Shown: in pieces, positions 9,151 to 16,782 of the stretch
How positions within the stretch are numbered: the first letter of the stretch is position 1
How the letters are laid out: each line of letters opens with the position of its first letter
Assembly: GCA_964473825.1 (NCBI GenBank)
Contig: CAYYQL010000028.1
Location: 1-33,353 of the forward strand
From: an uncultured archaeon
Lineage (GTDB): Archaea > Asgardarchaeota > Thorarchaeia > Thorarchaeales > Thorarchaeaceae
Direction of reading: 5' to 3'
Length of the DNA: 33,353 nt
Position numbers and translations under genes: made by a program
The notes under the pieces: model-generated
What the model saw: only the letters and a program-made list of their open reading frames with translations
Told to the model about the DNA's origin: nothing
Databases searched by the model: none

Positions 9151-9864
9151 CTATTCTATCAAGAACTCGGTCCACGAACGTGAGGTCTCAGTCCCTCGCA
9201 TTCGCTCCATCCTCACGTAATGACGAGGTCCTGAATCGGAATCGTCAATTCTGAATCGTAGCACGGCATCAGCGATGTAAGAAAAGGTGGCATAGGTCTT
9301 GTCATCATGAACACCCTCCTCAAGAATGTACATAATACTGTGTGACCCCTGTTTGAGTCGTCCGCTCAGGCGTTGAACCGCACGGGGCATCTTGGCAGGA
9401 TTGGAATGCAGGATAAGCGTTGAGAGGCTATCGATCACGACTCGAGCAACAACAAGGTTCTCAAGCACTTCCGAGAGAACTATCCCCAATTCGCTGATAT
9501 CGTCCACTTTTGCAAGAGAATAAGAACTCTTGCTCTGAGGTGCGCCCATGCGTTCAGAGTAACCATCGATGAAGACGAACTGACCGGACTCCTCGTATTC
9601 CTCAATCGACCAACCGTGACGACTCATGTCATTTCGAATGACTCTGGGAGAAACGTCGGTGGTAACAAACACGGCCGGAAATCCGAGACGAAGTCCCTCT
9701 GCAAGAAAGCCCTCAGCATAGGTTGTCTTGCCACAACCTATCGGCCCGAGAAGCATGATTGATACTTGCGTCAGCTGACCGAACTCCACCAGATCGCCAA
9801 GCATCGGAGTTACTTTGGCAGATTCTGAACCAGATATTTCCGAGCCCTTATCGTTCATGTACAT
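9151..9864 (-). CDS. KaiC/RAD55-like RecA-superfamily ATPase, single domain, CII-like, lacks the EE pair
   Basis: Walker A GPIGCGKT, Walker B RVVIDS, FSYIADAV, arginine-finger ERMRG; TTDV in place of TxEE. Confidence 0.85.
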   Translation of the reverse strand: MYMNDKGSEISGSESAKVTPMLGDLVEFGQLTQVSIMLLGPIGCGKTTYAEGFLAEGLRLGFPAVFVTTDVSPRVIRNDMSRHGWSIEEYEESGQFVFIDGYSERMGAPQSKSSYSLAKVDDISELGIVLSEVLENLVVARVVIDSLSTLILHSNPAKMPRAVQRLSGRLKQGSHSIMYILEEGVHDDKTYATFSYIADAVLRFRIDDSDSGPRHYVRMERMRGTETSRSWTEFLIE

Positions 9865-9875
9865 ACACCTTCAGT

Positions 9876-10619
9876 CTAGCTACCAGGACTGATCTCACCT
9901 GGCCATACCCTGATACCTTCATCGGTAATCCGCATGGAGTGAATACGAGAGCTATGTTTCGAGCCCCTCAATTTCAGTACCTCTATCGATCGTGTCCGTG
10001 ATGTATCACTTATCTTCTCGTTGTAGAGTACTATTACGCCGGACGCCAGGAAGGCCTCTATGTCAAAGACACCAAGTCCCGTATCCCGGGCGGGTATCTC
10101 GCTGGTCAGAACTAGGGTGGTGTCCTTCTCGGTTATGCTAGCGCATAGTTTGAAAAATTCCTCTCGCAGAATGTCTCGACTCTTGAATTTGTATGCCAGA
10201 ATGGACAGTGTGTCAATCACTACTCTCTTCGCATTGATCCTATCGATATGGCTGTGGATTATCGCCTCCAATCCTGATAGGTCAAAGCTGGGATACTCAT
10301 ACAGGTTCTTCGGTTGAGGATGTGCAGGAGACAGATCAACAATGGCCATCTTCCCCTGTTTCACCAGTTCTTCCAGATCCATACCGAATCTCATCATATT
10401 CCGCTTGATAGCACTGGGGGGTTCCTCTAGAGTTACCAGAACGCCAGGCTCGTCATAGACGGCGGCGCCTTTGTAGATGAACTGGTTGGCGAGAATGCTC
10501 TTACCAGTACCCGCCTTCCCTGCCACAAGTATCGTGTCCCCCTTAGGAAATCCGCCCTCGATCAGCTCATCCAGACCAGGGATACCTGTCTTAATCCGCT
10601 CAATTGTATAGTCATTCAT
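9876..10619 (-). CDS. KaiC-like RecA-superfamily ATPase, single domain, CI-like
   Basis: TGIPGLDELIEGGFP, Walker A GKAGTGKS, catalytic TLEE, RVVIDT, EAFLASGVIVL, IEVLKLRGSKH. Confidence 0.92.
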   Translation of the reverse strand: MNDYTIERIKTGIPGLDELIEGGFPKGDTILVAGKAGTGKSILANQFIYKGAAVYDEPGVLVTLEEPPSAIKRNMMRFGMDLEELVKQGKMAIVDLSPAHPQPKNLYEYPSFDLSGLEAIIHSHIDRINAKRVVIDTLSILAYKFKSRDILREEFFKLCASITEKDTTLVLTSEIPARDTGLGVFDIEAFLASGVIVLYNEKISDTSRTRSIEVLKLRGSKHSSRIHSMRITDEGIRVWPGEISPGS

Positions 10620-10948
10620 TAGTCAACACCTCTGCTTTGTGATAGACGAGATCCAAGTATCATCTTCAGGAGTGCATCGGGTTCGGGTATGCCTGTAACG
10701 GCCACCCCTCCAATCATTATCGTAGGCAATGCAAACACACCGTATTCCTCTGCCACCTCGGGGTTCTCAGAGACATTGATTGTGTTGACTCTGAACATGT
10801 CAGACTCGAACTCGCCTATGGTCTCCAACAGAACTTCTTCAGCACGAGGACAGAAGGCACAGGTGTCAGACTTGAAGAAGATTATCTCTATCTGAGAGAA
10901 ATCAGCGTCTTGTTCGACCGCTTCTTGACTCTCTCCATCTTCAACCAA
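10619..10948 (-). CDS. Thioredoxin-fold redox-active disulfide protein (CAFC)
   Basis: CAFCP and INVSENPEVAEEYGVFALPTI. Its stop overlaps the KaiC-like start by 1 nt (TAATG). Confidence 0.85.
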   Translation of the reverse strand: MVEDGESQEAVEQDADFSQIEIIFFKSDTCAFCPRAEEVLLETIGEFESDMFRVNTINVSENPEVAEEYGVFALPTIMIGGVAVTGIPEPDALLKMILGSRLSQSRGVD

Positions 10949-11037
10949 TGAACCGTCTCCTAGGCCGCGCCGAGGCTAAGGCGCATGAGGTAACAAATCA
11001 CTTGAATGTTTCTCACACATCTCTCTGAGGGCAGGAG

Positions 11038-11415
11038 CTATTCCATGAGATGTCGGATCTTGGTGGCGGCCTTACCAACGGCCCGTGCATGATACCTGAT
11101 TCGCTTCGGCATGAGAGCTGCAAGAATGAAGGGTTGACGTGTGCCTGCAACCTTCTTGAAGACTGCTTTTCCCTCAGAGCAGCGCACAGTGATATCGCGG
11201 AGCTGTCCCAGTTTCAGTTCATCTCTCATCCGTTCAACAGTAGATGCAACATATCCCGACATAGCCGCAACCACCTCCCGATTTGTAGTAGGACTCGCAG
11301 CAGAGGCCATAAGCAGACCGTCTTCTCTAGCCAGTATAGACGCACCAAATCCGCCCTCTCTGTTCATCTCTTCCAGGATCTCTGCCAAGGCTCTATAGTC
11401 AGGACGCTTATCCAT
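11038..11415 (-). CDS. Roadblock/LC7 (MglB/LAMTOR-like) domain protein
   Basis: SILAREDGLLMAS...VVAAMS...LKLGQLRDITVRCSEG is the typical roadblock pattern; 125 aa. Confidence 0.88.
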   Translation of the reverse strand: MDKRPDYRALAEILEEMNREGGFGASILAREDGLLMASAASPTTNREVVAAMSGYVASTVERMRDELKLGQLRDITVRCSEGKAVFKKVAGTRQPFILAALMPKRIRYHARAVGKAATKIRHLME

Positions 11416-11538
11416 TTCTCACACCCGGTCCTAGGACCGCATGCTTTGAATTGCGCATCCACTATTAAAGTATGACCTGCTCTACTCTAACCCAGAAAGC
11501 ATTCGCTCTTCTGAGAGTTGCATTCCACCACAGTAGGA

Positions 11539-11544
11539 TTTTAA
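11539..11544 (+). promoter_or_regulatory. Putative archaeal TATA box (TTTTAA) for the small GTPase gene
   Basis: AT-rich box about 30 bp upstream of GTG 11575. A reverse TTTAAT at 11464-11469 may serve the roadblock gene. Confidence 0.45.
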
Positions 11545-11574
11545 GGTCGAATACTCATCAAAGATTACAGGGAA

Positions 11575-12117
11575 GTGAATAGTGTGCCAGCCGAATACCG
11601 ATTCAAGGTCGTTATGCTGGGAGATGGAGCAGTAGGGAAGACTGCGCTTACCACACGGTTCACTCAAGATCATTTTAGTGCCGATTACAAACGTACGATT
11701 GGAAGCGATTTTGCTGTCAAACGGTTGGTTCTTCCCGAACGAGACAGCAATGTCACCATTCAAGTCTGGGATCTTGCTGGTCAGCCCAGATTCGAGATTG
11801 TTCGACAGTCGTTCTACCGCGGTGCGAGAGGTGCACTCCTTGTCTACGACGTCACCCGGAGGAGGACATTCCTGAATCTCGACCGCTGGCGAAAGGAAGC
11901 ATCTGATAACACAGGCCGAGAGATTCCCGTAGTCGTCGTTGCAAACAAGGTGGACCTTGAAGAGAGCAGAGTAGTGCAGACCGAGATGGGCAAACAGTAT
12001 GCTGAGAGCATCGACTCCATATACGTTGAGTCAAGCGCTTTGACCGGGGAGAACGTTGAGAAGGCATTTGAGCAACTATGCACGATCATGATTGACTCAA
12101 GTAGAAGCAAATCCTGA
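11575..12117 (+). CDS. Rab-like small GTPase
   Basis: GDGAVGKT, TIGSDF, WDLAGQPRF, FYRGA, NKVD, SSA; no terminal prenylation Cys motif. Confidence 0.93.
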   Translation: MNSVPAEYRFKVVMLGDGAVGKTALTTRFTQDHFSADYKRTIGSDFAVKRLVLPERDSNVTIQVWDLAGQPRFEIVRQSFYRGARGALLVYDVTRRRTFLNLDRWRKEASDNTGREIPVVVVANKVDLEESRVVQTEMGKQYAESIDSIYVESSALTGENVEKAFEQLCTIMIDSSRSKS

Positions 12118-12126
12118 GTTTTTCGG

Positions 12127-13266
12127 CTATTTCATGCGCCTAGGTTTCCCCTTGAGCAGACCAAGACCCTTCTTGCACTGCCATAGAACATAGAACACTC
12201 GCTTGTCCCGAAGAACCTCTGGGTCATATTGACTGCGAAGGTCCTCAAACTTCTGGATAAGCTCATCCCGTCTTGAGCCGCCCGTGTCGGAGTTGACCTC
12301 TTCTAAGAGCTGTTCAAACGGCTCCATCACATGCTCCAACTCGGCGATGTCCCAGCGGATGATGGCTCCACTTCCATCAGATGTCAGGAATCCTCGTTCA
12401 TTGTGAATCCATTCGATTCCGTCAATCTCGCTGTCTGTTGTGGCTTCACCCACCACTTTGCCGGTCTCGAGGTTCCACACGAAGAGGTTCTTGTTGCCAG
12501 ATCCGGACACCAAGTATTTCTTATCCGTACTGAACACAACTGACCGCACCTCGCCAGAGTGCCCACGTAAAACACACTCCTTAACTAGCTCTTCTCCCGA
12601 CGAGTCCCAGATAATGATATCGTGATCAGAAGACCCGGAAGCCACACGAGAGCCATCAATGGAAAAGCGAACAACCTGTACAGCAGTTCGATGTTCATCA
12701 ATCCATTGCTTTTTCTCGCCAGTGTTTCCATCCCACAACCCGATTGATGCATCAACACTTCCCGACACTATCTTCGCATCGACCGGGGACCATTCACAGC
12801 TCACAACGTAGAGGGAGTGACCCTTCATTCTGTGTATCTTCTCTCGATTGTCGACATCCCAGATGATCATCGTTGTATCGCCACTCCCTGAGAGCAGCTT
12901 GCTGCCATCGGGTGAGAAAGACAGGGACAGGACTGGGTAAGTGTGTCCCTCTAGTCTGGCCAGGCATTCACCGGTTCGTATATCCCAGAGTTTCACCACC
13001 CGATCGACGCCGCCAGAGGCTATGATGTCGCCACGCGGGCTAAAGGCGATAGATGTACAAAGAAACTCATCCTGAAGACGCTGAATCTCATCCCCGTTAG
13101 AAACATCAAATAACCGAATAGCACGGTCTTGAGTCGCCGAGGCAATCATCCGCCCAACCTTATTCATGGCGAATCTACGAGTGATATCGTCTGCCACCTT
13201 TGCAGGAGGTTTCAACACCTTGGGCCTAAGAAAAAGGGTAATCTCTGGTCTTTCCATATGGTTCAC
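12127..13266 (-). CDS. WD40-repeat beta-propeller protein with C-terminal helical, basic tail
   Basis: Repeated GH...SGS.D....WD units (about 7 blades); tail ...VLWQCKKGLGLLKGKPRRMK. The start may be ATG 13257. Confidence 0.92.
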   Translation of the reverse strand: MNHMERPEITLFLRPKVLKPPAKVADDITRRFAMNKVGRMIASATQDRAIRLFDVSNGDEIQRLQDEFLCTSIAFSPRGDIIASGGVDRVVKLWDIRTGECLARLEGHTYPVLSLSFSPDGSKLLSGSGDTTMIIWDVDNREKIHRMKGHSLYVVSCEWSPVDAKIVSGSVDASIGLWDGNTGEKKQWIDEHRTAVQVVRFSIDGSRVASGSSDHDIIIWDSSGEELVKECVLRGHSGEVRSVVFSTDKKYLVSGSGNKNLFVWNLETGKVVGEATTDSEIDGIEWIHNERGFLTSDGSGAIIRWDIAELEHVMEPFEQLLEEVNSDTGGSRRDELIQKFEDLRSQYDPEVLRDKRVFYVLWQCKKGLGLLKGKPRRMK

Positions 13267-13349
13267 CCTGAGAAGACTTGAGTTCTCGGCGAGATGTATT
13301 TGCTAAAAGTGTTATGAATAGAGAAGGCGTGCATAGATTCAGAGACCTT

Positions 13350-13916
13350 CTACATCATGCCACCGTCTTCGAGAATCTTGATTGCCAGCTCTAAGAATGA
13401 GGCCTCAACATTCTCTCCGGTCTTGGCAGAGGTCTCGATGAAGGAAGACTGAATCCCCTGCTTCCCAATGCTCTCGGCGAATGCCTTACCCTCCTCAGTT
13501 GTGACGATTGTCTGCTTCATGACAGGGTTGTCCTGGAATTGCTCTCTCAGGTCAATCTTGTTGCCTATGATCACGACAGGGATCTTCTTTCCTGCATTCT
13601 TCCAGCATTCGTCGAGCCAGTTGGGCAGGTTCTCAAACGAGGCTCGCTCGACAGTGGAGTAGACAGCAAGTGCGCCTTGAGCCCCTCGGTAGAACGTCGA
13701 ACGGACATTCTTGAAGTGTTCCTGGCCGGCAAGGTCCCAGATCTGGATACTCACGTCGTGACCACCCTCAAGGGACATCTTCTTCACTGCAAAGTCAGCA
13801 CCTATAGTAATCATGTAACTCGCCCTGAACCCCTCGCCCATGTACGTTCTTCGTAGCGAGGTCTTCCCTACCGAGCCATCTCCCATGAGAACGATTTTGA
13901 ATAACGCTGTAACCAT
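13350..13916 (-). CDS. Rab-like small GTPase with an insertion after G4
   Basis: GDGSVGKT, TIGADF, WDLAGQEHF, FYRGA, NKID, ETSAK; no C-terminal Cys. Confidence 0.93.
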   Translation of the reverse strand: MVTALFKIVLMGDGSVGKTSLRRTYMGEGFRASYMITIGADFAVKKMSLEGGHDVSIQIWDLAGQEHFKNVRSTFYRGAQGALAVYSTVERASFENLPNWLDECWKNAGKKIPVVIIGNKIDLREQFQDNPVMKQTIVTTEEGKAFAESIGKQGIQSSFIETSAKTGENVEASFLELAIKILEDGGMM

Positions 13917-14090
13917 TTTACAACCACCCTGCGGCCTGTGAGGCTCACAGCCGGCATCGGCCTAGTAGACCGGTTGGCCTAGGTAAGCTAGTACGACTAT
14001 TTGACGTTTCCCCTACTAGATTCAACCAGTCAGTCTGATGTGGTGAGTCTTGTAACCTGCAATAAGAAGCTTCCTTGTTCCTTTTCACAC

Positions 14091-14128
14091 AATAGTTTCG
14101 GCAACCAGCCACCTCTCGAGGTGTTTAT
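14091..14128 (+). promoter_or_regulatory. Candidate DNA-damage-response element AATAGTTTCGG plus downstream TATA-like TTTAT for the polB2 operon
   Basis: Contains the ANTTTC core (14094-14099) known from Sulfolobales UV/NQO-inducible promoters, 24 bp upstream of TTTAT (14124-14128). Confidence 0.4.
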
Positions 14129-14237
14129 CCAATACAACGATGGTGTAAGGAAAATGTCAGAATTGTTTGGGAGGAAAGTATGTTCTGGAAGTTAACAGAG
14201 AGATTACCTCTGAGCTCGTCACAGAGAGGAAAAATCG

Positions 14238-14504
14238 ATGGGTCGCACTGCACGAACATTCAGAGATGCTCTTGATATCGAAGAAAAACGCTGGGGAGAA
14301 TTCAGACGCACCCTGAGGGCCTCACAGAGAGGACTTCTTGACAGGGTCTTTGAAAAGGCCCGACAACACGCTGATGCAGGTTCCATGATTATCACCCCCC
14401 GAATCATGGAGGTTGTTCTTGTAGCGGCATTGATGGAATTGACGGCAGACCTTGAGCGGCTCGATGCCCGTATCTCCCAACTTGAACAGCAGCTTGGGAA
14501 ATAG
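14238..14504 (+). CDS. Small helical PolB2-associated protein
   Basis: MGRT..TFR...E...W..FRR.L pattern typical of the small gene preceding archaeal polB2; 5 bp upstream of polB2. Confidence 0.8.
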   Translation: MGRTARTFRDALDIEEKRWGEFRRTLRASQRGLLDRVFEKARQHADAGSMIITPRIMEVVLVAALMELTADLERLDARISQLEQQLGK

Positions 14505-14509
14505 CGAAG

Positions 14510-16780
14510 ATGAGAAAAATAGGATGGCTAATGGATGCCAGCATAGACGCACAACAGCATGCTCTCACTCTGTGGATCAGGATTGGGGGTAAGACTCGTG
14601 GATATACCTATCACGACTTCAAGCCCTCGGTCTTCGTTTCTACTGACCTTTTGAGAGACCCTGAATGGCCCAAAGACAGAATCATAGAATTGGTGAAAGA
14701 ACACCCTCTCGTTGTAGATTCGCAGGTGGTCCGGCGTTTCGTGGACGTATATGATGTTGAACCACAAGAGGTCGTTGAGGTGTTCACATCCCCCGATTCC
14801 ATTCAGGAGCTGGCCGAGGATCTGGAGAGGTTGCCCGGTGCAACGGTGTTCAACGCAGATATAGATCCGATTCAACAGTTCTTCATAACGAGAGAGATAT
14901 TCCCCTTCGGACGAGTAGAGTTGGAATTCAGCGAACAGACCGTAACCAAGATCAAGTGTATCGACAGTAGAGAGGCAGTTCAGTATGAAGTGCCAGATCT
15001 CCGAGAGATTCGGATTGAGGTCTTTGTGGGTACGGACAGGCTGTTTCCGAGATTGGAAGACCCGATTCACTACATCGAGATAGAGAGCGGCAGAGAAATC
15101 ATCACCATAAAGGAGAGAAACGAACGGGAGACCCTAGAAACGTTTCAGAGGACCATCGACTACATCGACCCGGACATCATAGTGACACAGGGGGGTGACG
15201 AGGACCTGTTCCGTTATCTCACTATCAGATGCAGGGTTAATGATCTCGAGCTAGTTCTCTCCCGTGACGATACACCACTCCGGGTGCAATACCGCGAGCC
15301 AACGTCGTTCTGGCAATACAATAGAATCGTGTACCGCTCCGGCAACCAAGTCATGTTCAACGGTAGAATACATATCGATCGAACTGAAGGCTTCTCCTAT
15401 TCTCCCTCCGGCATGGAAGGAATCATCGAGGGGTGTAGACTTGCATTTGCACAACCTCAACGCGTTGCACGGATGTCTATTGGCGGGGTGAATGCTGCAG
15501 TTCAGTTCTATAATGCATATCAAATGGGAATTCTGATTCCACCAGTAAAGAGAAACCCCGAGTTTCTCAAGTCAGTCAATGAACTAGCCACTATCGACCG
15601 TGGAGGACTGATTCTTCAACCTCAACCTGACATTTATGAGAACATAGCAGAATGCGACTTCTCGTCCATGTACCCAACGCTCATGGTGACTCGGAACATA
15701 AGCCCCGAAACCATCTGCACACGGGAAGACTGTCCCTTTGACTATGAGCACTGTATAGAGGTGCCAGGTCTTGACTTCCGCCTGTGTAATCAGAAGCGCG
15801 GGATAGTAGCCAAGTCACTGGAACTGATTCTCAAGAAGCGGAAGGAGTTCAAGAGACTCATCCGAGAGGGAACGAACACTGCACGGTATGAGCGGATGCA
15901 GAACACTCTGAAGGGAATCTTGGTCTCCTGCTTCGGATATCTCGGGTTCAAGAATGCAAAATTTGGACGAGTAGAGGCTCACGCTGCAGTCACCGCACTA
16001 GCCAGAGATGTACTGCTAAGAACCCAAGAGATAGGAGAGGAGATGGGGTTGGAGATGGTTCACGGTATCGTAGACTCACTCTGGGTGAAGTCTGACAGTA
16101 CGATAGATTATGAGCATGTGAAGGACTTTTGCGAACGGGTCACAGAAACAGTGGGAATCGAAATGGCATTGAAGGGCATCTATCGATGGATGGTGATTCC
16201 TTCGTCAAGACTCCATCCCACAATAGCTCCCTTGAACCGGTACTACGGCGTCTATAGAAATGGAGGGATAAAGATTAGAGGGATTGAAACGCGACGGCGC
16301 GACACATGCCTCTATGTAGGGGACTGCCAGCAGGAGATGATCAAGGTCCTTGCTCGGGGTAAGGATAAGGAGGGGTTTCTCGACAGAATACCGGAGGCAT
16401 ATGAGACGTGTAGAAGATACATACAAAGGCTCAATGAGGGACATGTTGATATCCGGGATCTGGTTTTGAACTCCCGTCTGACCCGAGAGCCACAGGATTA
16501 TCGGACAAACTCACGCGCGTCAATTGTTGCACAGCAGCTCATCAAGGCAGGAAGGGAGTTACACGCCGGGCAAAAAGTACGATACGTCATGGTTGATGCA
16601 GGTTCTCAGAATCCACTGACAAGGGTGAAAGCTCTAGAGCTTCTCAACGAGAACACGCATTACGACGCTGCAGCCTATGCAAAACTGTGTTTCAGAGCCT
16701 TTGAGAATCTGATACCGGCCCAGTACATCTCAGGAACTAAGGCTCATTCTGTGTATCAATATGCCAACGATGTTCACTGA
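14510..16780 (+). CDS. polB2: Family B DNA polymerase, PolB2 (Dpo2) group, degenerate exonuclease
   Basis: Motif A DFSSMYP, motif B KGILVSCFGYLG, motif C HGIVDS (versus YGDTDS), KIRGIETRRRD; no recognisable Exo I DIE. Confidence 0.9.
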   Translation: MRKIGWLMDASIDAQQHALTLWIRIGGKTRGYTYHDFKPSVFVSTDLLRDPEWPKDRIIELVKEHPLVVDSQVVRRFVDVYDVEPQEVVEVFTSPDSIQELAEDLERLPGATVFNADIDPIQQFFITREIFPFGRVELEFSEQTVTKIKCIDSREAVQYEVPDLREIRIEVFVGTDRLFPRLEDPIHYIEIESGREIITIKERNERETLETFQRTIDYIDPDIIVTQGGDEDLFRYLTIRCRVNDLELVLSRDDTPLRVQYREPTSFWQYNRIVYRSGNQVMFNGRIHIDRTEGFSYSPSGMEGIIEGCRLAFAQPQRVARMSIGGVNAAVQFYNAYQMGILIPPVKRNPEFLKSVNELATIDRGGLILQPQPDIYENIAECDFSSMYPTLMVTRNISPETICTREDCPFDYEHCIEVPGLDFRLCNQKRGIVAKSLELILKKRKEFKRLIREGTNTARYERMQNTLKGILVSCFGYLGFKNAKFGRVEAHAAVTALARDVLLRTQEIGEEMGLEMVHGIVDSLWVKSDSTIDYEHVKDFCERVTETVGIEMALKGIYRWMVIPSSRLHPTIAPLNRYYGVYRNGGIKIRGIETRRRDTCLYVGDCQQEMIKVLARGKDKEGFLDRIPEAYETCRRYIQRLNEGHVDIRDLVLNSRLTREPQDYRTNSRASIVAQQLIKAGRELHAGQKVRYVMVDAGSQNPLTRVKALELLNENTHYDAAAYAKLCFRAFENLIPAQYISGTKAHSVYQYANDVH

Positions 16781-16782
16781 CA

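Noticed and set aside
14154-14195. 13-codon upstream ORF (MSELFGRKVCSGS) ahead of the polB2 operon
   Set aside because: Too short to support without conservation data.
14510-16780. PolB as a pseudogene or as a casposon/virus polymerase
   Set aside because: The ORF is intact, HGIVDS is the normal PolB2 signature, and no cas1, integrase, terminal repeats or capsid genes are nearby.
1-16780. Inteins in NrdD, the KaiC-like ATPases or PolB
   Set aside because: Lengths are ordinary and no intein splice-junction or LAGLIDADG blocks were seen in the translated parts.
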